Of a stretch of 64,000 nucleotides of DNA, positions 39,451 through 47,308 are shown one piece after another. The stretch is taken from contig JBKPKZ010000090.1 in assembly GCA_046731355.1 (NCBI GenBank), positions 6,806-70,805 on the forward strand, written 5' to 3'. The first letter of the stretch is position 1, and the number at the start of each line of letters is the position of its first letter. The notes beneath the pieces were generated by a model, which was not told the DNA's origin, ran no database searches, and saw nothing but the letters and a program-made list of their open reading frames with translations. Source of the DNA: Pseudomonadota bacterium. Lineage in GTDB: Bacteria; Pseudomonadota; Alphaproteobacteria; Sphingomonadales; Sphingomonadaceae. Both the position numbers and the translations under genes were made by a program.

Positions 39451-39477
39451 GAATCCCGTTCGCCCGTGATGGAGTAA

Positions 39478-40335
39478 GTGATGTCCGACGTGATCGAACC
39501 GATGGTCCAGGAGGACCAGCTTCCCGGCCACGAAAGCCGGCTCGAGCCCAAGCCCGATTGGCAGCCCCGTTATTCCGGTTCCGACCGGCTGAAAGGAAAG
39601 GTCGCGCTCGTCACGGGTGCGGACAGCGGAATCGGTCGCGCCGTCGCTGCTCTGTACGCGCGCGAAGGCGCCGACGTCGCGATCCTTTATCTGTGCGAGC
39701 ATGACGACGCGGCGATGACCAAGGAAATCGTCGAAAAGGAGGGCCGGAAGGCGATCACCATCGCCGGCGACCTCGGAAGCAAGGCGTTCTGCGAGCAGGC
39801 GATCCGCCAGACGGTCGAGCAGCTGGGGGGCCTCGACGTCCTCGTCAACAACGCCGGCGAACAGCATTACGACGAGGACATCACATCCATCACCGAGGAG
39901 CAGCTTCGGCGCACCTTCCAGACGAACATCTTCGGGATGTTCTTCCTGACGCAGGCCGCGATGCCTCACCTCAAGCAAGGATCGGCGATTGTGAACTGCA
40001 CGTCTGAGACCATGTACAAGGGCTCGCCGGGCCTGCTCGATTACAGCGCGACAAAGGGCGCGATCACCGCGTTCACCCGCTCCCTTGCCAAGAATCTGGT
40101 GGAAAAGGGCATTCGCGTGAACGCCGTGGCGCCGGGACCGATCTGGACACCCCTCAATCCCTCAGGCGGCCAGCCACCGGAGAAGATCCCGCAGTTCGGC
40201 AAGAGCACTCCGATGAAGCGGCCGGGCCAGCCCAACGAGGTCGCCCCGTCCTTCCTTTTCCTGGCCTGCGAGGATTCCAGCTACATGACTGGGCAGGTTC
40301 TCCACCCGGACGGGGGAAACACCACGTCGAGCTAG
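39478..40335 (+). CDS. SDR oxidoreductase, general-stress YhdF/YghA type
   Basis: LPGHESRLEPKP N-terminal extension, TGADSGIG, VNNAG, YSATK, RPGQPNEVAP. Confidence 0.92.
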   Translation: MMSDVIEPMVQEDQLPGHESRLEPKPDWQPRYSGSDRLKGKVALVTGADSGIGRAVAALYAREGADVAILYLCEHDDAAMTKEIVEKEGRKAITIAGDLGSKAFCEQAIRQTVEQLGGLDVLVNNAGEQHYDEDITSITEEQLRRTFQTNIFGMFFLTQAAMPHLKQGSAIVNCTSETMYKGSPGLLDYSATKGAITAFTRSLAKNLVEKGIRVNAVAPGPIWTPLNPSGGQPPEKIPQFGKSTPMKRPGQPNEVAPSFLFLACEDSSYMTGQVLHPDGGNTTSS

Positions 40336-40341
40336 TTCCGA

Positions 40342-40380
40342 TTGGCGAAACGTCCCAACTTTCGGTGAAAAACACGCGAA
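40342..40380 (+). promoter_or_regulatory. Tandem enhancer-like sites (PspF UAS-like)
   Basis: TTGGCGAAACGTCCCAA and TCGGTGAAAAACACGCG, centred about -109 and -89 from the predicted sigma54 start. Confidence 0.45.
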
Positions 40381-40432
40381 ATTATTGGTGCGCGGTATAG
40401 ACCTACATTGAAAATACACGATAATTTTGAAT

Positions 40433-40448
40433 TGGCACGCTCCCTGCA
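40433..40448 (+). promoter_or_regulatory. Sigma54 (-24/-12) promoter
   Basis: TGGCACG-CTCC-CTGCA with exact GG-N10-GC spacing, after an AT-rich tract. Confidence 0.75.
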
Positions 40449-40497
40449 TTGAATGATGCACGGATCCAATCAGGGATCTCAAAAGGGAGTTTCAACA

Positions 40498-40608
40498 ATG
40501 TTCGCCATTTTCGCACCGGGTCGTGAAACCGCCTCTGCTTTTGCAGCCGCTTTCATCACCGCCATGCTGTTCGTCAGCTCGGCCACCAGCGTTCTTCCGA
40601 TCGCCTAA
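40498..40608 (+). CDS. Small hydrophobic peptide (36 aa), absent from the ORF track
   Basis: MFAIFAPGRETASAFAAAFITAMLFVSSATSVLPIA*; AAGGGAG RBS about 9 nt upstream; one TM-length hydrophobic run. Confidence 0.6.
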   Translation: MFAIFAPGRETASAFAAAFITAMLFVSSATSVLPIA

Positions 40609-40633
40609 CCTTCAAGTCGACAGGGAAACTGAA

Positions 40634-40819
40634 GTGAACCAACGTTTTGTGCTCAACCGGTCCCAAGGCAAGGTGATGGGCGTCGCCGCCGGCCTTGCCG
40701 ACTGGACCGGAATCGATGTTCTGATGGTCCGCCTCGGACTGGTTGCCGCTTTGCTGATGACCGGACCAATCGTGATCCTGTTCTACGTTCTCACGGGGTG
40801 GCTCGCCTCCGACCGCTAA
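40634..40819 (+). CDS. PspC domain-containing protein
   Basis: MNQRFVLNRSQGKVMGVAAGLADWTGIDVLMVRL...YVLTGWL; matches the PspC pattern R...K..GV.AGLA...D..VR. Confidence 0.88.
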   Translation: MNQRFVLNRSQGKVMGVAAGLADWTGIDVLMVRLGLVAALLMTGPIVILFYVLTGWLASDR

Positions 40820-40901
40820 GGGCGCGTCGACGGAGCGGGCCATTCCGACCTATTCTGCCACCGCCGAATCAAACCGGGTCCGCAAGCAGCGGCAGGAGGC
40901 G

Positions 40902-41855
40902 ATGATGGCGGGTGAACTGGCGGTCGTGCTTAGCGGGGGAGGCGCGAAGGGCGCTTTCCAGGTCGGGGTCCTCGACGAACTGATTACCAATCGTGGAGTA
41001 AAGATCGACATTGCCGTCGGCACGTCCACCGGGTCGATCCAGGCCCTTGCCGTGGCCCAGGACGACATCCCGAAACTTCTCCAGATGTGGCTCGGCCTCA
41101 AGGGCAGTTCGGACATCTATTCGAAAAAGCCTCTCGGCATTGTCGGCGGCGCCATTGGCGCCGATTCGATTTACGAAGCCAAGGGACTCAAGAAGCTCCT
41201 CAAGCAGAATGCAAACGATGCCAAGCTTCGCTCGACCGGGAAGAAGCTGCGCCTGGGCGTCGTCAATCTCGGAACGGGCGAGTTCCGGCCGATCGACGAG
41301 CGAACCCCTGGCATCCACAATTGGGTCTATGCGAGCTGCGCAATGCCGGTCTTCTTCGACCCGCTGACGACCAGCGATGGCGGGCAATGGGTGGATGGCG
41401 GAGTGCGCGACGTGACTCCTCTGGGGACGGCGCTCGAGCTCAACCCGCGAGGAGTCATCGTGGTCCGTGCAGGCGCCAAGCCTAGGCCGGCTGTACCGAA
41501 ATCCTACGAAAACCTGATCGAGATCGGGCTTCGCGCGGTCGACATCCTGCAAAAGGAGGTCTCCGCGAACGACCTCGCGAACGCGGCATTGATCAACGAC
41601 CTCATAGCCGCCCGGGAAGCCCAGCTGAGGGCGCTGCAGGCGGCGAACGTTGATCCGGTGAGCATGACTGCAGTGCTTCGCCCGTTGGACGTCAAGCTTG
41701 CCGAATACCGTTTTGCGCCGATTCGGGTGATCGAGCCGGAAAAAGACTATCTGGACACGCTGAAATTTGATCCGGCGAGGATCCGGGAAGCAATCGAGGG
41801 CGGCAGGCAGGCCGTCGAACGCGAATGGCATGCAATTGAGCCGCTACTGACTTAG
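40902..41855 (+). CDS. Patatin-like phospholipase
   Basis: SGGGAKG, GTSTG nucleophile elbow, DGG acid motif. Confidence 0.92.
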   Translation: MMAGELAVVLSGGGAKGAFQVGVLDELITNRGVKIDIAVGTSTGSIQALAVAQDDIPKLLQMWLGLKGSSDIYSKKPLGIVGGAIGADSIYEAKGLKKLLKQNANDAKLRSTGKKLRLGVVNLGTGEFRPIDERTPGIHNWVYASCAMPVFFDPLTTSDGGQWVDGGVRDVTPLGTALELNPRGVIVVRAGAKPRPAVPKSYENLIEIGLRAVDILQKEVSANDLANAALINDLIAAREAQLRALQAANVDPVSMTAVLRPLDVKLAEYRFAPIRVIEPEKDYLDTLKFDPARIREAIEGGRQAVEREWHAIEPLLT

Positions 41856-41863
41856 GCTGAGGA

Positions 41864-42295
41864 ATGTCGGACGCAGACCCGTTCCAGCTTCAACGGTTCG
41901 TCGACGCGCAGGAGCGAAGCTTCGAGGTCGCCTTGGCCGAGCTTCACGCGGGCAGGAAGCAAAGCCACTGGATGTGGTACATTTTCCCGCAGCTGGCGGG
42001 ACTGGGCCGCAGCCCAACCGCCCAATTCTACGGGATACGATCGCTCCAGGAGGCCCGTGCCTATCTTGCGCACCCGGTCCTGGCCCAGCGTTATCGCGAC
42101 GCGGTCGATGCCATACTCGGCTGGTCGGGACGCAGGAGCGCCGACGAGATCCTTGGAAGCGTCGACGCAATGAAGCTTAGGTCCAGCCTCACGCTTTTCG
42201 AGAATGCGTCCGGCGATCCCCTTCTCGCGGACTCGATCGGGGCCTTCTTCGATGGCCCCGACGATGCGACCTTAAGTCTTCTCAAGAGAAGCTAA
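41864..42295 (+). CDS. DUF1810 family protein
   Basis: DPFQLQRFVDAQ, GRKQSHWMWYIFPQ, EARAYLAHPVL, MKLRSSLTLF. Confidence 0.9.
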   Translation: MSDADPFQLQRFVDAQERSFEVALAELHAGRKQSHWMWYIFPQLAGLGRSPTAQFYGIRSLQEARAYLAHPVLAQRYRDAVDAILGWSGRRSADEILGSVDAMKLRSSLTLFENASGDPLLADSIGAFFDGPDDATLSLLKRS

Positions 42296-42825
42296 AGCGG
42301 CTCCGCGCAACCGCGTCTTTCCTCACCTCCGACTTCGACAATGGCCATGAGCGGGAAACTCCGATCGGACATTCCGTCAGAGCAACCCTCATGAGCTTCG
42401 ATGGTGAGCTTGAACGACTCGTCGTCGAGCACGCCCTCCCATTGGTTGGCGGCTGCGTCATAATGCGTCCAGACGCGCGTCCCCACCTGATTTTCGGGGG
42501 TGCTATACGTGACGCAGCGGCCGTCGACCTCCGCTCCCCAGAACGGTTCGGTCCCGACCGCCCGGAGCCGCTTCCTTGGAAGCTCTCCCCCATCCTGGGT
42601 CCGGCAGGCGCCCGCGGATTTTGCCGGCGGCAGAACCGAGGAATTTTCGGCGGTGAAGTCCCGATCGTCGATACGCATGGCGTGCGATGTAGCCGTCTCC
42701 GCGGATCGTTCATCTTCACCAGCTCTCGATCCTGTGTCCGAGCACGCGGCCATCATCGCCAACGAAGCCATGAATAGAGCTGGCCGCACGTCGAAGCCTT
42801 TCGAGTTGCCGTTCTCGCCCCGCAT
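42292..42825 (-). CDS. COG3650 family lipoprotein
   Basis: Lipobox-like AMMAAC, GTEPFWG, CSDGMSDR...RGCA. Exact start uncertain. Confidence 0.8.
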   Translation of the reverse strand: MRGENGNSKGFDVRPALFMASLAMMAACSDTGSRAGEDERSAETATSHAMRIDDRDFTAENSSVLPPAKSAGACRTQDGGELPRKRLRAVGTEPFWGAEVDGRCVTYSTPENQVGTRVWTHYDAAANQWEGVLDDESFKLTIEAHEGCSDGMSDRSFPLMAIVEVGGEERRGCAEPL

Positions 42826-42860
42826 TGGGTACAGCGCACAGGAAATCGAAGGAGAGTCGC

Positions 42861-43385
42861 ATGCGCAAGTGGCTAATCGGACCGGTCTTGGCAGCGGTCG
42901 CCGCTAGCCCGGCCGCGGCAGCGCTTCCGGAAGGGACCAAGGCGCCCGACTTCACCACGACCGGCGCAGTCGGCGGCAAGGCGTTCAAGCTCCACCTCGC
43001 CGACCAGCTCAGGAAAGGGCCCGTCGTCCTGTACTTCTTTCCGAAGGCTTTCACTCAGGGATGCACCCTTGAAGCGCATGCCTTCAGCGAGGCGTCCAAG
43101 GACTTCAAGAAGGCCGGTGCCCGAGTGATCGGAATGTCCGCCGACGATCTGCCGACGCTTCAGAAATTCTCGGTCGAGGCGTGCCGGAGCGCCTTCCCGG
43201 TCGCGACTGCTACCCCCGACGTGATCAAGGCTTACGATGTTTCACTCAAACAGAAGCCAGGCCTTACAGACCGGACATCTTACGTGATCGGCAAGGACGG
43301 CAAGATCGCTTTCGTCCACTCCGATCTCAACTGGAGCGAGCACGTATCCAAGACGCTGGCCGCGGTTCAGTCACTCAAACGCTAG
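42861..43385 (+). CDS. Exported peroxiredoxin (BCP/PrxQ-like)
   Basis: Signal peptide; LYFFPKAFTQGCTLEA (PxxxTxxC); DRTSYVI. Confidence 0.9.
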   Translation: MRKWLIGPVLAAVAASPAAAALPEGTKAPDFTTTGAVGGKAFKLHLADQLRKGPVVLYFFPKAFTQGCTLEAHAFSEASKDFKKAGARVIGMSADDLPTLQKFSVEACRSAFPVATATPDVIKAYDVSLKQKPGLTDRTSYVIGKDGKIAFVHSDLNWSEHVSKTLAAVQSLKR

Positions 43386-45154
43386 CGCTTCACCCGCCAC
43401 ATCTTGAACGGAGAGTCCTTTGGCAAGGCGACCGGATCCAGCCAGGCTGGAACCTTGCCTTTGATTAGCTGGCCGTAGAAACCGTTTGGCGCTTCCGAGC
43501 GGAAGATCGTCGCCGTCGACATGTTCGGGCAAATCAGCAGATAGTCCGAGCGATATTTGCCAATGATCGTATGCGCCTGGGCTTCGTTGCCGCGGAATGC
43601 CTTCATGACGTCACCGATCTGCTCGCCGTTGCGGTGGTAGGGGCCGGTCACCGCGTCGTGGTGGGTTACGGTGATCAGCCTCGGCCCGAGGTCGACGAAA
43701 GTGAAGACCATTCCCTTCGGCTGCTGGGCGACCGCCTTCATCCCCCACAGGGAGGTGCACTGGCGGTTGGCCTTGTCGACGGCGAGCTCCGCGGGCGTCT
43801 TCTTCTTCACTGGGTAGAATTGACTCGCGAACGGAACGGCCGCGCCGAGGCCGAGCACGATCAAAAGGAACGTGCCGAGCACCCGAACCGCCGCAAGCCT
43901 GGAGCCCCAGGTCCACGGCACGGCGACCAAGATCAGTGCCGTGGCTCCAGCCACTCCGAGGACCTGCGCCGCGGGGCCGGTTCGGGTCTGCCAGAGGAGG
44001 AGCAACGCAGCCGCGAGAAGCGGAGCTGCGGCGGCGAGGATGCGCCGGAGCAACTCCGGATCACGCCACTTGGTCCATGCGAGAAGGAGCCAGCCGATTA
44101 TCCCCGTCGCCGGGATCGCGCTGACTCCGAGGGCGGTCTGCCAGCCATGGCGATAGATCGGACGTGCCTCACGAACATGGCTAAGCCACAATTGCTGGAC
44201 CTCGGGCGACACGCCTTCGAGCCGCGACAGGCAGTGCGGCCACATCAATGCGTGGAACGCCGCCACGGCGCCTCCCGCCAGGGCCGCAAGTACAAGACGC
44301 TTCTTCCAATCGCCCGGCGAAAGAAGGGCCAATCCGAACAGGAGCGCCGAACCGAGCAGAGCGTCGGAGAGCCAGACCGGTGACAGGGCATCGCATACGG
44401 GCAGCCGGTTTGCGTATGACGCGAAACCGACGAAACCCAGAGCCGCCCCGCCCCCGAAAGCGGCCGCAAAGGTCGATACGCGCCGACGTTCGCCGGTATC
44501 GCTGACCCAGAACAGGGCCGTCGCCGTGGCGCCAATGGCGATGTAGATCAGCATTTCGAGGCCGATCCACAACGACATTGCCGAGGCGATCCCGGCGACC
44601 GCGCCGCCCCTGGCACGCTTCGGATCCGCCAGTCCGGCAAAGGCCAGCGCAAGCAATGCAAGCTGCCATCCGTGATGATCGATCCGCGCCGGCATGAACA
44701 TGCCCATGGCCGAGCCCGCGAAGAACAGGGCGACAAACGCCAGCGGGTAGGCCCGGCGGTCGACGAGCCGCCGAACGGTCAAAGCCAGGGAAAAGAGCAG
44801 AAGCAGGAGCGGGAGCATCGGCGCGATCGCGATCGCCGCCTGCTCCGCATGAGGCCCGCCAATCAGCGGTCGAAGCGCGAGGATGATCCCGGCGATCGGC
44901 AGGTCGACGAGCCGCGACCAGTGAATGTTGGCACCATAGGGCGGGTTCAGCCGATACTGACGAAGATCGAACCAGTCCTGACCTCCAAGGAGTGCGCGGA
45001 CCTGGCTCATCCGAAGATTGTCGTCGGTATCGGGGAGCTGGAAATAGTGGATCGCGGTCCAGCGATTGATCACGAAATAGACACACAACGCTAGCCAGGT
45101 GCCGACCACAACCCATTTCCAGTAGCGGTCGACCAGTTCGAGAACGCGATCCAA
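43382..45154 (-). CDS. STT3/AglB-like GT-C glycosyltransferase (oligosaccharyltransferase fold)
   Basis: Multi-TM N-domain with DTDD...R, WFD...PPYG.NIHW, IDHH, VREARP and WQTR; soluble C-domain with FVDLG at the WWDYG position. Confidence 0.75.
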   Translation of the reverse strand: MDRVLELVDRYWKWVVVGTWLALCVYFVINRWTAIHYFQLPDTDDNLRMSQVRALLGGQDWFDLRQYRLNPPYGANIHWSRLVDLPIAGIILALRPLIGGPHAEQAAIAIAPMLPLLLLLFSLALTVRRLVDRRAYPLAFVALFFAGSAMGMFMPARIDHHGWQLALLALAFAGLADPKRARGGAVAGIASAMSLWIGLEMLIYIAIGATATALFWVSDTGERRRVSTFAAAFGGGAALGFVGFASYANRLPVCDALSPVWLSDALLGSALLFGLALLSPGDWKKRLVLAALAGGAVAAFHALMWPHCLSRLEGVSPEVQQLWLSHVREARPIYRHGWQTALGVSAIPATGIIGWLLLAWTKWRDPELLRRILAAAAPLLAAALLLLWQTRTGPAAQVLGVAGATALILVAVPWTWGSRLAAVRVLGTFLLIVLGLGAAVPFASQFYPVKKKTPAELAVDKANRQCTSLWGMKAVAQQPKGMVFTFVDLGPRLITVTHHDAVTGPYHRNGEQIGDVMKAFRGNEAQAHTIIGKYRSDYLLICPNMSTATIFRSEAPNGFYGQLIKGKVPAWLDPVALPKDSPFKMWRVKR

Positions 45155-45181
45155 GCTTGCCTCTTTTTAAAGGGTTCCCTG

Positions 45182-45203
45182 CTGTAGCGGGGCACGGCTA
45201 CAG
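45182..45203. promoter_or_regulatory. Palindrome in the divergent promoter of the glycosylation locus
   Basis: CTGTAGC-N8-GCTACAG, perfect 7-bp arms, in a 68-bp intergenic gap. Confidence 0.45.
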
Positions 45204-45222
45204 AGCAAGCAGACCGCCTTCC

Positions 45223-45630
45223 ATGATTTCCTCGCTTCATCCTGACCGCCGCCGCCTCCTCGGCCAGCTTTTGCGCTTTGGCGTAAGCGGCGCCGCCGCC
45301 ACTGCGCTTGGCGTCGGAATCTACGCGATCGTTGCGCTGGTCCTGCGGTGGCACCCCCAGCTTGGAAATTTCCTCGCCTACGCGATCGCGGTTGCCAGCG
45401 GCTATTTCATGCACAGCTTCTGGAGCTTCAAAGGCCATGGGTCCGAGCGGACGCACGCAACGAAGGTGCGGTTCGTCACCGTTTCGATCATCAGCTATGC
45501 ACTCAACAGCTTCTGGGTTTGGTTGCTGTTCAACCATCTCGACCTCGGACGAGCCGCGCCGATCCTCCCAATGCTGTTCGTTACGCCGCTGGTGACGTTC
45601 ACGCTCAACCGCCAATGGGTTTTCCGGTGA
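45223..45630 (+). CDS. GtrA family lipid-linked sugar flippase
   Basis: About 135 aa, 4 TM; LRFGVSG, Y.MHSFWSF, RF, FTLNRQWVF. Confidence 0.9.
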   Translation: MISSLHPDRRRLLGQLLRFGVSGAAATALGVGIYAIVALVLRWHPQLGNFLAYAIAVASGYFMHSFWSFKGHGSERTHATKVRFVTVSIISYALNSFWVWLLFNHLDLGRAAPILPMLFVTPLVTFTLNRQWVFR

Positions 45631-46358
45631 TGGACAGGTCCGTCTACGATTCCATGGCCGAATTGGACGAACGCCATTGGTGGTATGTCGCCCGCCGCAA
45701 GGTCCTCGCAGCGCTGATCCGACGCCGCGTGCGGCCGCCGGCGAATGCGCGCGTCCTGGAGATTGGCTGTGGAACGGGTCACAATCTCAAGATGCTCGGC
45801 GAGTTCGGGACCGTCGACGGCCTCGAGATCGATGAGGCCGCCCGGAGCTTCGCCGAGAAAAGGGCCGGCCACGAGATTTACTCGGCTCCGCTTCCCGAGC
45901 TCGCCGGGATTCCCGAGCACAATTACGATGTCGTCGGTGCCTTCGACGTCATCGAGCACATTCCCGACGACGTGGGAGCAATGGCATCCATCGCCCGCCT
46001 TCTCAAACCCGGCGGGAAGCTGGTGATGACCGTCCCCGCGCATCCATGGATGTGGTCGGCGCACGACGTCGTGAACCACCACCAGCGGCGCTATTCCAAA
46101 GCCTCTTTGAAAAGACTGATCGAGGCGTCGCCGTTCAAGCTGGAAGCGATCGGCTATTTCAACAGCCTTTTATTCCCCGTGGCGGTTGCCGAACGGCTCG
46201 CATCGAAGGCGCTAGGCAAGGACGACTCGAAGTTGTCGCTTCCGCCGGCGCCGATCAATCAGGCTTTGGAGCGAACCTTTGCCGTCGAGCGCGGCTTGAT
46301 CGGCCGCGTGCCGCTGCCGCCGGGGCTTTCGCTGTTCGCGGTGGCTTCCGCGACATAG
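45630..46358 (+). CDS. Class I SAM-dependent methyltransferase (HWW-type)
   Basis: MDRSVYDSMAELDERHWWYVARR, LEIGCGTG, FDVIEH, LKPGG, H.RRY; coupled to gtrA. Confidence 0.9.
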   Translation: MDRSVYDSMAELDERHWWYVARRKVLAALIRRRVRPPANARVLEIGCGTGHNLKMLGEFGTVDGLEIDEAARSFAEKRAGHEIYSAPLPELAGIPEHNYDVVGAFDVIEHIPDDVGAMASIARLLKPGGKLVMTVPAHPWMWSAHDVVNHHQRRYSKASLKRLIEASPFKLEAIGYFNSLLFPVAVAERLASKALGKDDSKLSLPPAPINQALERTFAVERGLIGRVPLPPGLSLFAVASAT

Positions 46359-47308
46359 CCTAGCTGGCCAGCGCGAGCTTCACCGCCAGCAACCTCCTGC
46401 ACGATGTATAAAGGCCGGCCCTTCACCTCATTGTAGAGGCGGCCGATATATTCGCCCATCAGTGCAAGGACGAACATCTGCACTGCACCGAGCACCACGA
46501 CGACCAGCATGAGCGAGGTCCAGCCCTGAATGTTGCGGCCGGTGAACCAGGCATAGGCGATGTAGGCGATCATCAGCAGCGAGCCGAGCGAGAGAGCGAG
46601 ACCTGCATGGCTCGCGAGCTTCAGCGGCGCCGACGAGAAACCGGTGAGTGCGTCGAATGCGAACCGGAGCATCTTGCGGAACGGATATTTGGTCTCGCCG
46701 GCGAAGCGCTGATCGCGGTCGTAAGCGAACGGCACCTGCCGAAATCCAATCCAGGCGACCATTCCCCGGATGAACCGGGACTGTTCGGGCATCGCCAGCA
46801 AAGCCGCCAGCGCGCGGCGGCTCATCAGCCGGAAGTCGCCGGTGTCCACCGGAATATCGATCTCGGTCGCCCGGGACAGCAGTCGATAAAAACCGTGCGC
46901 CGTAGCTCGCTTGAACGCCGTCTCTCCCGCTCGACTTCGGCGCACCCCGTAGACCACGTCGGCCTCCTCCTCGCGCATTGCCTCGAGCATCGCCGGCAGC
47001 AATTCCGGCGGGTCCTGAAGGTCCGCGTCGATGATCAGGATCTTCTCGCCGCGGCAAAGATCGAGGCCGGCTGTCAGCGCCAGCTGGTGGCCATGATTGC
47101 GCGAAAGGTTGACGCCCAGGACATGGCCGTCCGTGTCCGCGAGTTGCCGTATGACCGGCCAGGTGCGATCCCGCGATCCGTCGTTGATCAGGACAAGCTC
47201 GTAATCTTCGCCGACCGCGGTGCGCGCGGCCGCAGTCAGGCGCCGGTACAGTTCCGGAAGGCAGGCTTCTTCATTGAAGCAGGGAATTACGACGGAAAGA
47301 GCGGTCAT
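46259..47308 (-). CDS. GtrB/ArnC-like GT2 polyprenyl-phosphate glycosyltransferase
   Basis: VIPCFNEE, NDGSRD, LSRNHGHQ.AL.AG, IDADLQDPP, DTGDFRL, GETKY, two C-terminal TM, LMGEYIGR. Confidence 0.92.
   Translation of the reverse strand: MTALSVVIPCFNEEACLPELYRRLTAAARTAVGEDYELVLINDGSRDRTWPVIRQLADTDGHVLGVNLSRNHGHQLALTAGLDLCRGEKILIIDADLQDPPELLPAMLEAMREEEADVVYGVRRSRAGETAFKRATAHGFYRLLSRATEIDIPVDTGDFRLMSRRALAALLAMPEQSRFIRGMVAWIGFRQVPFAYDRDQRFAGETKYPFRKMLRFAFDALTGFSSAPLKLASHAGLALSLGSLLMIAYIAYAWFTGRNIQGWTSLMLVVVVLGAVQMFVLALMGEYIGRLYNEVKGRPLYIVQEVAGGEARAGQLGYVAEATANSESPGGSGTRPIKPRSTAKVRSKA

Noticed and set aside
40902-41855. Patatin as a CBASS CapV-type defence effector
   Set aside because: No CD-NTase, Cap2/3 or other defence gene nearby.
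43382-45154. RND (AcrB/AcrD/AcrF) efflux pump label that I recall for similar proteins
   Set aside because: At 590 aa it lacks the ~1000-aa duplicated RND architecture, and its motifs match GT-C/OST enzymes.
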